Positions 45,301 to 55,996 of a stretch of DNA of 64,000 nucleotides are shown in pieces. The stretch's first letter is position 1; every line of letters begins with the position of its first letter. The notes under the pieces were generated by a model. It saw nothing but the letters and a program-made list of their open reading frames with translations. It was not told the DNA's origin and searched no databases. The stretch is from Candidatus Magasanikiibacteriota bacterium (GTDB lineage Bacteria; Patescibacteriota; Patescibacteriia; Magasanikbacterales; GWA2-37-8), in the NCBI GenBank assembly GCA_041665405.1, contig JBAYIZ010000004.1, positions 3,958-67,957 of the forward strand, in the 5' to 3' direction. The position numbers were made by a program, and so were the translations under genes.

Positions 45301-48300
45301 ATGCAAAGAAAAGTTTTATCATTTTTGCTATTACCCATATTACTGGTGGGTATTAGTATCGGAGTTTTTTCATTCGGGCAAGCGGCTAATGCTATCAATT
45401 TGACGGTAGCACCGGTTACTTCGTCATATGATAACTTGATTGGTGCCACGAATGCGCGTTGGCAATTTACTGTCACGACTACTGCTGATATTGTAGCTAC
45501 TGATACGGTTCGCTTTATGTTTCCATTTGTAAACAATAGCGTCCCATTCTCAATTTCCAATCCTACTATTGTTACCAGTACAGGTATAACGCTATATAGC
45601 AGTTTGGGAGGGCAACTTTTATCCAATCGATTGTCCAATCCTTCTTTTGAAAATAATACTTCCAGTTGGTCATATTCGGTGGGTGGGCCACCATCTGACA
45701 CGTGGAGCCAGGTTTCTGTGACTACTTCGGCAAAATATGGCAGTAAAGCAATAGTGATGAATGCTACGAGTACAAATATAGCGAAAGTTTTTCAAAGCGC
45801 ATCAGTTGCTACCAGTTCTCTCTTTTCTGTTAGTTATTGGACAAAAGGAACAGCTGGAACCACAACTACAGCGCGATTGTTTTTGCAGGGTTCTATCAGC
45901 AGCGGGTGTGCCGGAGGAGAAGGTTATTTTTATAATTTTGCCATCGGTGATTGGGCATGTGTGGTAATGGAAAGTTTAAATGTTTCTAGTACACCATTTT
46001 CATATAATGTTGATTTGGCTGGTTCTGAATTTCAGCGCATTAGCTTTTCTACCACCTCACCTGCCACTTCTACATATAGTGGAACGGTGACTGTTTTGGT
46101 GGCGATGGGTGGTTCTGATACCATATATGATATGGAGATGATTTTGGATGCAGTGCAAATAGAAATGAGTGCCTCAGCCACTACATTTAATTTGGGCGGT
46201 GCCGCTCCCGCCACGGAAGGCGTGTTAAGCGCTACTTACGGTGAAGGTCCATCTGCTCGGCCATTTATTTATGGTTTTGTTAATACTACTACGCCGAATG
46301 GTACGGCTTTTTCATGTACTTTTGATGGTATTACCAATCCAGTGGCTCAGCGTACAGATTTGGAAGCCGCTCGTTTGACATGGAATGTTACTGGTGGAAC
46401 TTTACCAGGGGAGAGTCCAACGGCAGATTTTGTTGGTGGGAATAAATTTACTTCCAATACAAATGTAGCCGTGGTTCGATCTGGTGGAAATATAATTGTA
46501 AATCAAAATAGCAATATCACGGCTAGCGCTTTTACTACCAGTGCCTCCAATGTTACATATACATATACTTTTACACCTACTAGTAGTATTCCGACTGGAG
46601 GGAAAATAATAATGAATTTTCCGCTTGCTTACAATAATTTGTTAAATAATATTTCGGTCAGTACATCAGAAAGAATTAGTGCAGTCAATACCACTACTAT
46701 TGCCTCTTTTACCACTTCTACGGTTGGTAGCTTTGGTAATGTTAGAGTGACTATGATAACTGCTGACAGTCCTACTGATTCTGGGACAGTTATCACAATT
46801 AAAATTTATGGAGTTACAAATCCGGCAACCGCTGGTGTTTATGGTGGAGAAATGGGCGGTCCGGAAAGCAAGTTTACAGTTTATACTGCTAAGAATAATG
46901 ATGGTGTAGTGGACGGTTCGCCATTTGGAGAGGAATCGGGCGATTTTGGTACAAACGACGGTCCTCCACCTACACGAGCTCTCCATATTGGGGGAACTAA
47001 CAACATTAATATTTTAGTATATAAACAAAGTGGTAGCGGTGATGTTAGATTGTCTGATAGTGAAGTGGCTAGTATGAAAGTCGGTGTTAGCTGTCCAGAT
47101 AAAGGATTTTTTGTGGGACAGAAAAAATTAGCGACTTCAACCGATCATTCTTATGCTTCATATAATAATATTTTGGATTGTAATTATATTGTAAATGCAG
47201 AGCCGAACAACAAAGGTGACAGTACTTTTTATGAAGATTTCTTGATGCCTGCGCAAAAATCTGTGCCTGCAATTGGTGGGGTGACAGTGACCACGAGCAT
47301 TGTTTTTGGAGTGCCAAATGCTTCGACTACTTTACAGGTGACTGGTGGTGTGAGTGGAGAGGTCGCCTTTATGCAAGCATATAGTTCTGATTTTATGTCT
47401 TTTTCTCCGATATATGCGAATTCAAATTGTACTGGTAATCCAGGATTTACTTCAACAGGTACAGGTTGGGCGTGTTTGAATTTAAAGAGTGATCAAAATT
47501 GGAATTTTACAGTGATGGGGGGAGAAATGGGAAATTCAGCCAATATTACTGATGCTGATGGTAGTAAATATTGGCCGCCAACAATTCCGTCTGTTTATGT
47601 TGCCTCTGCTGGGCACACCAACCTGGGTCCGTATGCCTATGTAAAAGCGGATAAAAATTTAATTGTTAATGTAAAAAAAGCTGGTACAGATTCTATAGTA
47701 GAAAATGCATGTATTGGTGTTAAAAGAAATGGTGGCGGGATGTTTATGGGTTCGCAGGATATGACTTGTGGAAATGGTACTAAAACTTTTAAAGTACCTG
47801 TTGGATCAATTACCGTACAAGTAAGTCTACCTGGATTTGGTATGCCACAAGAATATTCAGTGGCAATTGCCGATGTAACAACTACAAAAAATATTTTTGT
47901 TAGTCAGCCGACTACTTTTATTTCTGTGCTTGTAGAGGATAGTGTTGGGAACAAAATAAATGGTGCGCCGGTGTTTGCGCATGGAAATGGTTTTGGGCAG
48001 GGTATGACTGGATCAACTGGTACAACAACTATTTATGTAGCTCCTGGAATTTATGTGGTAGAAGGTTTTGCCCCTGGTTTAGGTAAATTAACAGCTCAAA
48101 CAGTAACAGTGCCGGGGAACGGCGGTGTAGCGGCCAATTTTGAAGTTATTACAGCAAATCTAGGTACGATCTCTGGACGAGTGTACACTGATGCCGATGA
48201 TGATGGTGCTTACGATGTGATAGGCGACACTCCATTGAGTGGAATAAAAATTGGTGCCCGTGGTATTGGTAGTACCAGTGGAGGAAATGGTACAGAAACC

Positions 48301-51195
48301 GATTCCAATGGTAATTATAGTTTATATTTACCAGCTGGAACTTATGAAATTGGTGGTTGGTCATCTGACACAGGAGGTTTTCAAGCGGCCAGTAGCAAAA
48401 CAGTTACTGGAGGTGTTGCGACCACTTTGAATGTTCCGTTGCAAGGTCAAGGAACTTTACATATTACTATTCAAAACGCTTCCACCATTAGTCCATTGTT
48501 TGCCGGAGCATTTTCCTCAGTTACTGGCAAAGGAAATGGTACGGATTCATGGACAACCAGCGGAACAAGTAAAATCGCAAATCTCACTTTTCCAGCTGGC
48601 TCGTATGAATTTCATGTTGGGTCGCCGGTTACAGGTGAATTGGGAGCATCTACTCAAGTTATAACAGCTGGTGGAACTACCAATGTCACTATTGATGCTA
48701 ATGCAATTGCACCATTGGTGATAATTAGTGGTACTGTGGCTAGTAGTAGTACTGGCATTGCCAACGCTACGGTGTGGGCGGCAAAAACAGGTGGTGGACC
48801 AGGAAATTTCTCTACACAAACAGACAGCGACGGTAATTATTCTTTCAAAGTTCCACAAAATAGTTCTTTCCGCATGGGTGTTAAAATTTTGGGATATATT
48901 GCTAATGATATAAATACTTCTACAGTAACAAGTAATATTGTTGTGGATTTTGATTTGTTTGTTGCTGGCGGTACAATTAGTGGATCTGTAATAAATTCTA
49001 GTAGCGCAGCCATTGCTAACGCTTGGGTATCAGCAAAAAAAGTTGTTGGTGCTGGAGAGATGGATGTTTGGACTGGTGGTCCGACTGATGGGAATGGTAG
49101 TTTTTCTCTGAATGTTGATTCTGGAAATTGGATTGTTTTTGCAGAGGCACCTTGTTATCAACGCTCCACCGGTGTTTCCAAGGCCATTAATACGGCAGTG
49201 ACTACCACGTTAGTAGCTATTTCTGGATGTACTGCAAATGCACCGGAAATGCAAGGATTTACCCCGACAACTGGTGGACAAATGGCTAAAGGTGATATGA
49301 ATTTAGATATTCCCGCCAATGCTTTGGGTACAGGAAGTGGCACTGTTAGTTTATCGGTGGTCACGACCACTCCACGCACCGCTCCAAATGCGACTGCCTT
49401 GGCAAATTCAGTGCAAAGAATCACTGCTTCTGATAATACGGGACAATCAATTACAACATTAAATAATAATGCTTCCCTAAGTATCACATATAATGAATCC
49501 GATTTGCCAACTGGTTTTAGTGAAACCAATTTGCAATTGGGTTATTTTGACGAAACTACTGGACAATGGGAGACAGTGGCATCTACTGTGGATACAGTAA
49601 ATAATAAAATATCGGCTTCCATAAATCACTTTACTGATTATGGTCCGATATTGCCAAATGTTCCAACTGCGCCAACTGGCTTGACAGCTACAGCATCATC
49701 CACTGCTGAAATTGATTTGAGTTGGACAGCTTCTGCACCTGTGTCAGCTGATTATTATATTATTTATGCGTCTACTACTGCATTGACTGATTTTGCAACT
49801 AGTACATTAATTGCCACTACCACTGCGACATCTTATGCTCATTCTAGTTTGGATGATGCTGCTACTTGGTATTATAAAGTAGCTGGTTATAATACAAATG
49901 GTGAAGGTTGGAATTCTGGCAGAGCCAATGCTACTACTGATGCTGGTAGTTGTTCTACACTTACTGGTGCGGCCACTTACAATGCTTATCCGACTTGCGG
50001 TGCGGCCACTTGTTCTAGTGGTTATACTTTGTCTGGTTCTGGCTCAGGTGCTACTTGTACAGCCAATCAATCCAGCGGTGGCGGTGGTAGCGCTACAGAC
50101 ACCACGCCTCCAACGAATACTTCAATAGTGATTGCTGGCGGTGCGACTTCTACCGCGAATATTTCTGTAACCTTGACTCTTGGTGCTATTGATGCTGGTT
50201 ATATGATGATTAGTAATGATAGTATTTTTACCAGTAGCACATGGGAAATATATGCAACAACAAAACCATGGACATTGGCAACTATTACTGGAACGAAAAC
50301 GGTATATGTTAAATTTAAAGATACGGCCGGCAATATTTCCGCGGTAATATCTGATTCTATTGAATTGTTATCTGGGTATGTAATTGTTCCTCCTGCTGTT
50401 ATTTTTCCTCTAGTAGTAACTCCGCTGGTCATTGTTCCGGTATTTGAGATTCCAGTTGTGATTCCAACTGTAATAGTGTCCAATCCTGATTCCAAAGTGA
50501 TAGTTACTCCTCCAACAATTGCTTCTTATCAACCTGGTTCTGCTCTTAAATTTAACTATTCATATAAAAATGAGACAACAAAACCATTATTAGTAAGAGT
50601 AACTAGACAATTGATAAATAGTAAGAATAAAATAATAAAGACGGCAAGTGCCAACAAGACACTCAAAGTTGGTGGTATATTTACAAGTAAGGTTAATGAA
50701 GCCATTCCTAGGAATTTGGTAGCAGGTGAATACGCCATTAAGATTAAAATATTTAATGCTAAAACCAATAAATTGTTAGCAGAAAATAGTTTCAAGATTC
50801 AAGCGGAAAAGTTGAAAAAGAAATATTTTTCTTTGGTTGGTGAAATGCCGGTGGAGACAGACATTGCTTTTGATAAAACAGCGTGGGGTAAAGTCAAAAC
50901 AAATGTTCTTGTACCTAATAGTTTAAAATTAAAATATTCCTATACCAACAATACTGATAAAAAGCATACGGCAAAAATGGTTCGCGAATTGGTGGATTCT
51001 AACAGTAAGGTATTGGAAACAAAAACTGGCAAATGGGTAATGAAAGTTGGAGAAAAAGACAGCACAACTTTCACACAAGCCATCTCAACCAAATTAATTG
51101 CGGGTGAATATGCAATTAGGATTAGAGCTTATGATTGGACGTCCAAAGAACTATTAGCAGAAAATAGTTTTGGATTTAAAGTAGAATTGAAATAA
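45301..51195 (+). CDS. Giant secreted surface/adhesin-like protein (1964 aa) with CarbopepD_reg/SdrD-B-like and FN3-like repeats
   Basis: It has a signal peptide and Thr/Ser/Gly-rich beta-sandwich repeats (GRVYTDADDDGAYD...TDSNGNYSL, SDGNYSFKV). An FN3-like segment (PTAPTGLTATASSTAEIDLSWTA) is present. The C-terminal KxK-rich repeats are duplicated, with KPLLVRVTRQL... and DKKHTAKMVREL... as variants. Confidence 0.6.
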   Translation: MQRKVLSFLLLPILLVGISIGVFSFGQAANAINLTVAPVTSSYDNLIGATNARWQFTVTTTADIVATDTVRFMFPFVNNSVPFSISNPTIVTSTGITLYSSLGGQLLSNRLSNPSFENNTSSWSYSVGGPPSDTWSQVSVTTSAKYGSKAIVMNATSTNIAKVFQSASVATSSLFSVSYWTKGTAGTTTTARLFLQGSISSGCAGGEGYFYNFAIGDWACVVMESLNVSSTPFSYNVDLAGSEFQRISFSTTSPATSTYSGTVTVLVAMGGSDTIYDMEMILDAVQIEMSASATTFNLGGAAPATEGVLSATYGEGPSARPFIYGFVNTTTPNGTAFSCTFDGITNPVAQRTDLEAARLTWNVTGGTLPGESPTADFVGGNKFTSNTNVAVVRSGGNIIVNQNSNITASAFTTSASNVTYTYTFTPTSSIPTGGKIIMNFPLAYNNLLNNISVSTSERISAVNTTTIASFTTSTVGSFGNVRVTMITADSPTDSGTVITIKIYGVTNPATAGVYGGEMGGPESKFTVYTAKNNDGVVDGSPFGEESGDFGTNDGPPPTRALHIGGTNNINILVYKQSGSGDVRLSDSEVASMKVGVSCPDKGFFVGQKKLATSTDHSYASYNNILDCNYIVNAEPNNKGDSTFYEDFLMPAQKSVPAIGGVTVTTSIVFGVPNASTTLQVTGGVSGEVAFMQAYSSDFMSFSPIYANSNCTGNPGFTSTGTGWACLNLKSDQNWNFTVMGGEMGNSANITDADGSKYWPPTIPSVYVASAGHTNLGPYAYVKADKNLIVNVKKAGTDSIVENACIGVKRNGGGMFMGSQDMTCGNGTKTFKVPVGSITVQVSLPGFGMPQEYSVAIADVTTTKNIFVSQPTTFISVLVEDSVGNKINGAPVFAHGNGFGQGMTGSTGTTTIYVAPGIYVVEGFAPGLGKLTAQTVTVPGNGGVAANFEVITANLGTISGRVYTDADDDGAYDVIGDTPLSGIKIGARGIGSTSGGNGTETDSNGNYSLYLPAGTYEIGGWSSDTGGFQAASSKTVTGGVATTLNVPLQGQGTLHITIQNASTISPLFAGAFSSVTGKGNGTDSWTTSGTSKIANLTFPAGSYEFHVGSPVTGELGASTQVITAGGTTNVTIDANAIAPLVIISGTVASSSTGIANATVWAAKTGGGPGNFSTQTDSDGNYSFKVPQNSSFRMGVKILGYIANDINTSTVTSNIVVDFDLFVAGGTISGSVINSSSAAIANAWVSAKKVVGAGEMDVWTGGPTDGNGSFSLNVDSGNWIVFAEAPCYQRSTGVSKAINTAVTTTLVAISGCTANAPEMQGFTPTTGGQMAKGDMNLDIPANALGTGSGTVSLSVVTTTPRTAPNATALANSVQRITASDNTGQSITTLNNNASLSITYNESDLPTGFSETNLQLGYFDETTGQWETVASTVDTVNNKISASINHFTDYGPILPNVPTAPTGLTATASSTAEIDLSWTASAPVSADYYIIYASTTALTDFATSTLIATTTATSYAHSSLDDAATWYYKVAGYNTNGEGWNSGRANATTDAGSCSTLTGAATYNAYPTCGAATCSSGYTLSGSGSGATCTANQSSGGGGSATDTTPPTNTSIVIAGGATSTANISVTLTLGAIDAGYMMISNDSIFTSSTWEIYATTKPWTLATITGTKTVYVKFKDTAGNISAVISDSIELLSGYVIVPPAVIFPLVVTPLVIVPVFEIPVVIPTVIVSNPDSKVIVTPPTIASYQPGSALKFNYSYKNETTKPLLVRVTRQLINSKNKIIKTASANKTLKVGGIFTSKVNEAIPRNLVAGEYAIKIKIFNAKTNKLLAENSFKIQAEKLKKKYFSLVGEMPVETDIAFDKTAWGKVKTNVLVPNSLKLKYSYTNNTDKKHTAKMVRELVDSNSKVLETKTGKWVMKVGEKDSTTFTQAISTKLIAGEYAIRIRAYDWTSKELLAENSFGFKVELK

Positions 51196-51229
51196 TAATT
51201 AACCCCGAAATATTATTCGGGATAACAAA

Positions 51230-51877
51230 ATGTGTATGGACAAAAAGACAAAAACAATTGTCATCGTGGTATTGGCGGTGATAGTTGTGGCTGGTGCATA
51301 TTATGGCATCAATCGTTGGCGTCAACAACGGTTGGTTAACCAATATTTGAAAGGCCTGTATGGTGGAGGAGTGAACACAGGTTTGCTTGGTAATTTTGCT
51401 GGTGGTATTGGCGGTGGAATTACTCAGGAGCAAATCGCCAAAGAAATAGCCAAAGAAATGGCGAAAGAAGAGTTGCAACAGAAAAATAATGAAATAAAAG
51501 AAGCCGCAAAAACTCCAGAAGATAAATATGATGCGGTTGAAGAAATGCCGACTTATGATGCTAACTCCAAAGCATTGGCAGATGTGGGCAAAGATATTAT
51601 AGAAAAGGCGTTTGGTAAAGCAAAATTGACTACTATTTCCAGTGGTTTATATGGTGCCGGTTCTGGAATGGTTAGTTTTACAATTGCTCGTCCTACGACT
51701 GCTGCTGATTTGGCCGCGCTTGGTAAAGTATTGACTGACAAGGGATTGCCAATTATGCAAAGTGGCATTGAAGATAAAAGTGCAGGAGTAATGTCTGGAG
51801 CAAATAATTTTATTTATACTATTAGTTTTGAAATAGGCGAACAGGAGGTGGGAATGCTTATTATGAAAACTAATTAA
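51230..51877 (+). CDS. Hypothetical membrane-anchored protein
   Basis: 215 aa with an N-terminal TM helix followed by a Gly-rich and KE-rich region. Confidence 0.4.
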   Translation: MCMDKKTKTIVIVVLAVIVVAGAYYGINRWRQQRLVNQYLKGLYGGGVNTGLLGNFAGGIGGGITQEQIAKEIAKEMAKEELQQKNNEIKEAAKTPEDKYDAVEEMPTYDANSKALADVGKDIIEKAFGKAKLTTISSGLYGAGSGMVSFTIARPTTAADLAALGKVLTDKGLPIMQSGIEDKSAGVMSGANNFIYTISFEIGEQEVGMLIMKTN

Positions 51878-51899
51878 TAATTTATTTAATTTATTTTGT

Positions 51900-52232
51900 A
51901 TGGTAGATATTATTTCGCCAATCAGTGGTAAAAAAAATACCGCGATGGCAGTTATCGCGTATATAATATTTTTTGTACCGCTTTTGACTGGTGATGCCCA
52001 AAAAGATCCGTTTGTAAAATATCATGTCAAACAGGGTTTGGTGTTATTTTTACTTGTAGTTTTAATTAATTTGCTTAGTTGGGTAGTGCCATTTTATCTG
52101 TGGTTGACATTTAGCTGGATTTTGAGTTTGGGCGCTCTCGTGTTATTTATTTTAGGAGTTATTAACGCGGTAAATGGCAAACAAGAACCATTACCATTGG
52201 TTGGAAAATTTGCTGATGTGTTTAAATTTTAA
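51900..52232 (+). CDS. Small integral membrane protein
   Basis: 110 aa with 3 TM helices. It is followed by the terminator AAAAGCCCGCT-CATCAT-AGCGGGTTTTTG at 52254-52284. Confidence 0.4.
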   Translation: MVDIISPISGKKNTAMAVIAYIIFFVPLLTGDAQKDPFVKYHVKQGLVLFLLVVLINLLSWVVPFYLWLTFSWILSLGALVLFILGVINAVNGKQEPLPLVGKFADVFKF

Positions 52233-52352
52233 TTTGTTAGTATAATTCAGACAAAAGCCCGCTCATCATAGCGGGTTTTTGTTATTTATTAACATCTATA
52301 CTTTTAATAGTTTTTATGTTAAAATGATGTAGTTATTTTTAAATAAAAAATT

Positions 52353-52703
52353 ATGGCCGACCTTCAAGAGTTATTCAATAGGATACAGGAAACGAAAAAG
52401 AAACAAAAAGATATAAAAAGTGCTTATCGCGATGCCTTGAATTCTTCTCAGGAATATAAAGATATAGAAGATAAATTAAAAGAATTAAAAGCTAAGAAAA
52501 AACAAATTGAGGTATCGGTTCAGCAGGATTTTTCCGGTGAGTTCCAGAAATTAGAAGATTATGCGGTGGATATTGAATCGGATAATACCATGCTATCGGA
52601 CGCCGCGTTCGCGAAATTATTGAAGGGGGAGACAGTGGCTGTTACTGATGAATATAATAATAATTATGAACCGTTGTTTACCGTGAAATTCAAAAAAACC
52701 TAG
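52353..52703 (+). CDS. Hypothetical protein
   Basis: 116 aa, charged. It is followed by the terminator AAAATCCCGC-GACT-GCGGGATTTTATTTT at 52716-52745. Confidence 0.4.
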   Translation: MADLQELFNRIQETKKKQKDIKSAYRDALNSSQEYKDIEDKLKELKAKKKQIEVSVQQDFSGEFQKLEDYAVDIESDNTMLSDAAFAKLLKGETVAVTDEYNNNYEPLFTVKFKKT

Positions 52704-52786
52704 ATTCTTCAAATAAAATCCCGCGACTGCGGGATTTTATTTTAGTTGATTTTTTGCTCAATACGGTATAAAGTATAGTAGTATTT

Positions 52787-53890
52787 ATGCCTAGTGATTT
52801 TAGTTATAAATTTTATCGTGATACCGTCTCTGCTCTACGAGCAATGCAAGAGGCGATTTTGGGCGCGCAAAAATCAATTTATTGGGAGATTTATTCCTTG
52901 ATTGACGATAAGACGGGCAAACCGTTTGTGGACGCTTTGTGTGAACGAGCTTTGGCTGGCTTGGAGATAAAAATTATTATTGACGCTATAGGGAGTTATG
53001 AGATATCGCAACCGAGTTTAAACCGTTTGCGCACGGCTGGGGTGGATATCGTTTTTTACAATTCATTTGGACCTCGCTGGTCGGCAAGCGGTTGGGCGAG
53101 ATCATTATGGCAGAGAAATCATCGCAAAGTTTTAGTAATAGATAAAGAAGCAGTTTTTATTGGAGGAGTGAATGTAGCGGAAAGTTATTGTAGTTGGGAT
53201 GATTTACATGTTCGTATCACAGGTATGGAAGTTTCTCCATTGTTAAGAGGATTTGCACGGTCGTATATACGAGGCGGTGGTGAAAGGAAAAAAGTTCGTC
53301 ATCTTTTATATTTTCATTTTAAAAAAGAATGGAATGAAATTAAAGGTCATTTAAAATATATTTTACAGTCGCCTTTAACTAATCGTTATTCGCGCGCTAA
53401 AAGAATATTTTTGACTACACTTTCCAAAGCAAAACTAAATTTTAATTTACTTACGCCATATTTTGTTCCAGATAAAAGATTTTTTGAATTAGTTTCGTTG
53501 GCAAAAAAAAGAGGAGTGAAAATTGATCTTTTTTTACCACTGCGTCCTGACCATAAATTTATAGAATTGGTTGGCGGATTTTATTCCAAAATGGCTCACA
53601 AATATGGAATGAATGTCTTTTTTTCTCCCAAAATGAATCATGGCAAAGCGATGACTTGCGATGGTGAAATTGGATTTGTTGGTAGCGTAAATTTTACGCA
53701 ACGCAGTTTTTTTAATAACGAAGAGTCAGGTATTTTGTTTCGTGATAGTGCTATGGTAAAAGATTTGGACGATATGTTTGCTGATTTGCGAGCTAGCGCT
53801 TTTGTTTTAAATGATAAAAATTATTTGCATTTCGGGTTAAAAGGTAAAATAAAAGATTGGCTCGGAAAGCAATTTGGAGGTTGGATATGA
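52787..53890 (+). CDS. Phospholipase D / cardiolipin synthase family protein (two HKD motifs)
   Basis: 367 aa. HRKVLVID...GGVN (the first HxKxxxxD) and NHGKAMTCD...GSVNFTQRS (the second) are present. Confidence 0.7.
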   Translation: MPSDFSYKFYRDTVSALRAMQEAILGAQKSIYWEIYSLIDDKTGKPFVDALCERALAGLEIKIIIDAIGSYEISQPSLNRLRTAGVDIVFYNSFGPRWSASGWARSLWQRNHRKVLVIDKEAVFIGGVNVAESYCSWDDLHVRITGMEVSPLLRGFARSYIRGGGERKKVRHLLYFHFKKEWNEIKGHLKYILQSPLTNRYSRAKRIFLTTLSKAKLNFNLLTPYFVPDKRFFELVSLAKKRGVKIDLFLPLRPDHKFIELVGGFYSKMAHKYGMNVFFSPKMNHGKAMTCDGEIGFVGSVNFTQRSFFNNEESGILFRDSAMVKDLDDMFADLRASAFVLNDKNYLHFGLKGKIKDWLGKQFGGWI

Positions 53891-55116
53891 TAAACTATAC
53901 ACCATTATCGGACCGCATGAGATCGCGCAATTTTGATGAATTTTTTGGACAAGAAGAAATTGTCGGCAAAGGTAAATTGTTGCGCCGTCTTATTGAAAGT
54001 GATCAATTATCTTCACTTATTTTTTGGGGACCTCCGGGAGTTGGTAAAACTACTTTAGCGCAAATAGTTGCCAATCAAACCAAAGCGCGATTTATAAATA
54101 TTTCCGCTGTGATGAGTGGGAAAGATGAATTACGCAAAGCAGTGGACGACGCCCAACATCATTTGCGATTGGAAAACAAACGCACAGTGTTGTTTATTGA
54201 TGAAATTCATCGTTGGAATAAAGCTCAACAGGATGCATTGTTGCCTTATGTAGAAAAAGGTCTGATAACCCTCATTGGCGCGACCACGGAAAATCCTTCT
54301 TTTGAAATTATCGGTGCGCTATTATCTCGTTCGCGAGTTTTTATTTTAAAATCTTTGGAAAATGAAGATATTGTAAAAATAATCAAACAGGCAATCAAGG
54401 ATAAAGAAAGAGGATTAGGAAAATTTAAAATTAAAATTGGTATAAATGAAATAAGTTTATTAGCAGATTTGTGTGGTGGGGATGCACGAACAGCTCTCAA
54501 TGGGCTGGAACTGGCGGTAAATGCCAAGGCGGGCAATAGTGTTGAAACTGAAATAAAAATTTCTAAAGAGGACATAAAAGAGGCTTTACAAAAAACCCAC
54601 TTGATTTTTGACAAACGCGGCGAAGAATTTTATAATCTTATTTCTGCTTTGCATAAATCGATGCGAGGTAGTGATCCAGATGCGGCGATTTATTGGTTGG
54701 CGCGCATGCTTGAAGGTGGAGCCGATCCATTATATGTAGCTAGACGCGTTTTGCGTTTTGCCAGTGAGGATATTGGTATGGCAAATAGTGAAGCACTTAT
54801 TCAAGCTAATGCGGCTTATGACGCCTGTCACAAGATTGGTTATCCAGAGTGTACCGTGCATTTGGCACAGGCTGTAGTCTATTGTGCCAAGTCAGCCAAA
54901 TCTAATTTACTATATACTGCTTATCAAGAAGCAGCTGAAGATGCAAAGAATACTTCAAATTTGGGGGTACCATTACATCTACGCAATGCACCAACAAAAT
55001 TTATGAAAAATATTGGTTATGGAAAAGACTATAAATATAATCCAGATTTCAAAGGCCCAGTAGTACAAGATTATTTACCAAAAGAATTAAAAGGTAAAAA
55101 ATATTTTAAGAAATAA
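53887..55116 (+). CDS. rarA: Replication-associated recombination protein A (RarA/MgsA AAA+ ATPase)
   Basis: It has Walker A GPPGVGKTTLA, Walker B VLFIDEIHRWNKAQQDALL, and a C-terminal RarA helical domain. The likely start is the ATG at 53887, overlapping the upstream stop (ATGA). The longer ORF call starts at 53857. Confidence 0.8.
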   Translation: MINYTPLSDRMRSRNFDEFFGQEEIVGKGKLLRRLIESDQLSSLIFWGPPGVGKTTLAQIVANQTKARFINISAVMSGKDELRKAVDDAQHHLRLENKRTVLFIDEIHRWNKAQQDALLPYVEKGLITLIGATTENPSFEIIGALLSRSRVFILKSLENEDIVKIIKQAIKDKERGLGKFKIKIGINEISLLADLCGGDARTALNGLELAVNAKAGNSVETEIKISKEDIKEALQKTHLIFDKRGEEFYNLISALHKSMRGSDPDAAIYWLARMLEGGADPLYVARRVLRFASEDIGMANSEALIQANAAYDACHKIGYPECTVHLAQAVVYCAKSAKSNLLYTAYQEAAEDAKNTSNLGVPLHLRNAPTKFMKNIGYGKDYKYNPDFKGPVVQDYLPKELKGKKYFKK

Positions 55117-55121
55117 TATAT

Positions 55122-55439
55122 ATGGGCGAAATAATTAGGTTTCCAAACAAATTTGAAGGTCAAAAACGAGAATCAAAAAGAGTCGAAAAAGTTAAACTAG
55201 ACTTAGTGAAGACTGTTGACTTGAGAGGTTTTCTAGAAGCATTATTGGCTAGCAGTGGACCGTTGGTTGGTAAAAAAACTACTGAGGCGTATCAACAACT
55301 TTGTGGCGGATATTCTGATCGTCAAATTGTTGAAATGATTAATAACTCTGCCAAATCTGATTGGCAAAAAAGCCCTGGCTACTATTTGGTTTTGTTAGAT
55401 GTTTGTTATAAAAGAAATTTATTTGAAAAGGAATTATAA
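55122..55439 (+). CDS. Hypothetical protein
   Basis: 105 aa. No recognisable motif. Confidence 0.35.
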   Translation: MGEIIRFPNKFEGQKRESKRVEKVKLDLVKTVDLRGFLEALLASSGPLVGKKTTEAYQQLCGGYSDRQIVEMINNSAKSDWQKSPGYYLVLLDVCYKRNLFEKEL

Positions 55440-55444
55440 TTTTT

Positions 55445-55996
55445 ATGGAGAAATTTTTGTTACACACTTGTTGTGCGCCGTGTAGTATTGCGGTAATCGA
55501 AGAACTAAAAGAAAAATTTGATTTGACTGTCTTTTTTTATAATCCCAATATTTTCCCTATCGAAGAATATCAAAGGCGTAAAGACGAAGTGATAAAAGTT
55601 TGTCAGGAATGGAATGTGCCGATGATTGACATGGACTATGACGCTACACAATGGCATGAAAAGATTGCGGTTGGACTCGAAATGGAAGAAGAAGGCGGGA
55701 CCAGATGTGCTTTGTGTTTTCGTTTTCGTTTGGCCAAAGCCGCGGAATATGCTGGAAAAAATGGTTTTCAATATTATGGCTCCAGTCTCACTAGTGGTAG
55801 AAATAAAAAAGCCGAAGTGATTCATCCTATCGGCCATGAGTTTGCAAAAATATACAAAATTAAATTTTACGATGAAGATTGGAAAAGGGCTGGAAGGCAA
55901 GAGCGTGGTAGAAAATTGGTGGCAGATAAGGGGATATATCGTCAAAATTATTGCGGTTGTGAATATTCCCTGCGTGATCGACCTAAATCATCATAA
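55445..55996 (+). CDS. queH: Epoxyqueuosine reductase QueH (DUF208)
   Basis: 183 aa. It has LLHTCCAPCS, CALCFRFRL and NYCGCEYS Cys motifs, as QueH does. Confidence 0.7.
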   Translation: MEKFLLHTCCAPCSIAVIEELKEKFDLTVFFYNPNIFPIEEYQRRKDEVIKVCQEWNVPMIDMDYDATQWHEKIAVGLEMEEEGGTRCALCFRFRLAKAAEYAGKNGFQYYGSSLTSGRNKKAEVIHPIGHEFAKIYKIKFYDEDWKRAGRQERGRKLVADKGIYRQNYCGCEYSLRDRPKSS

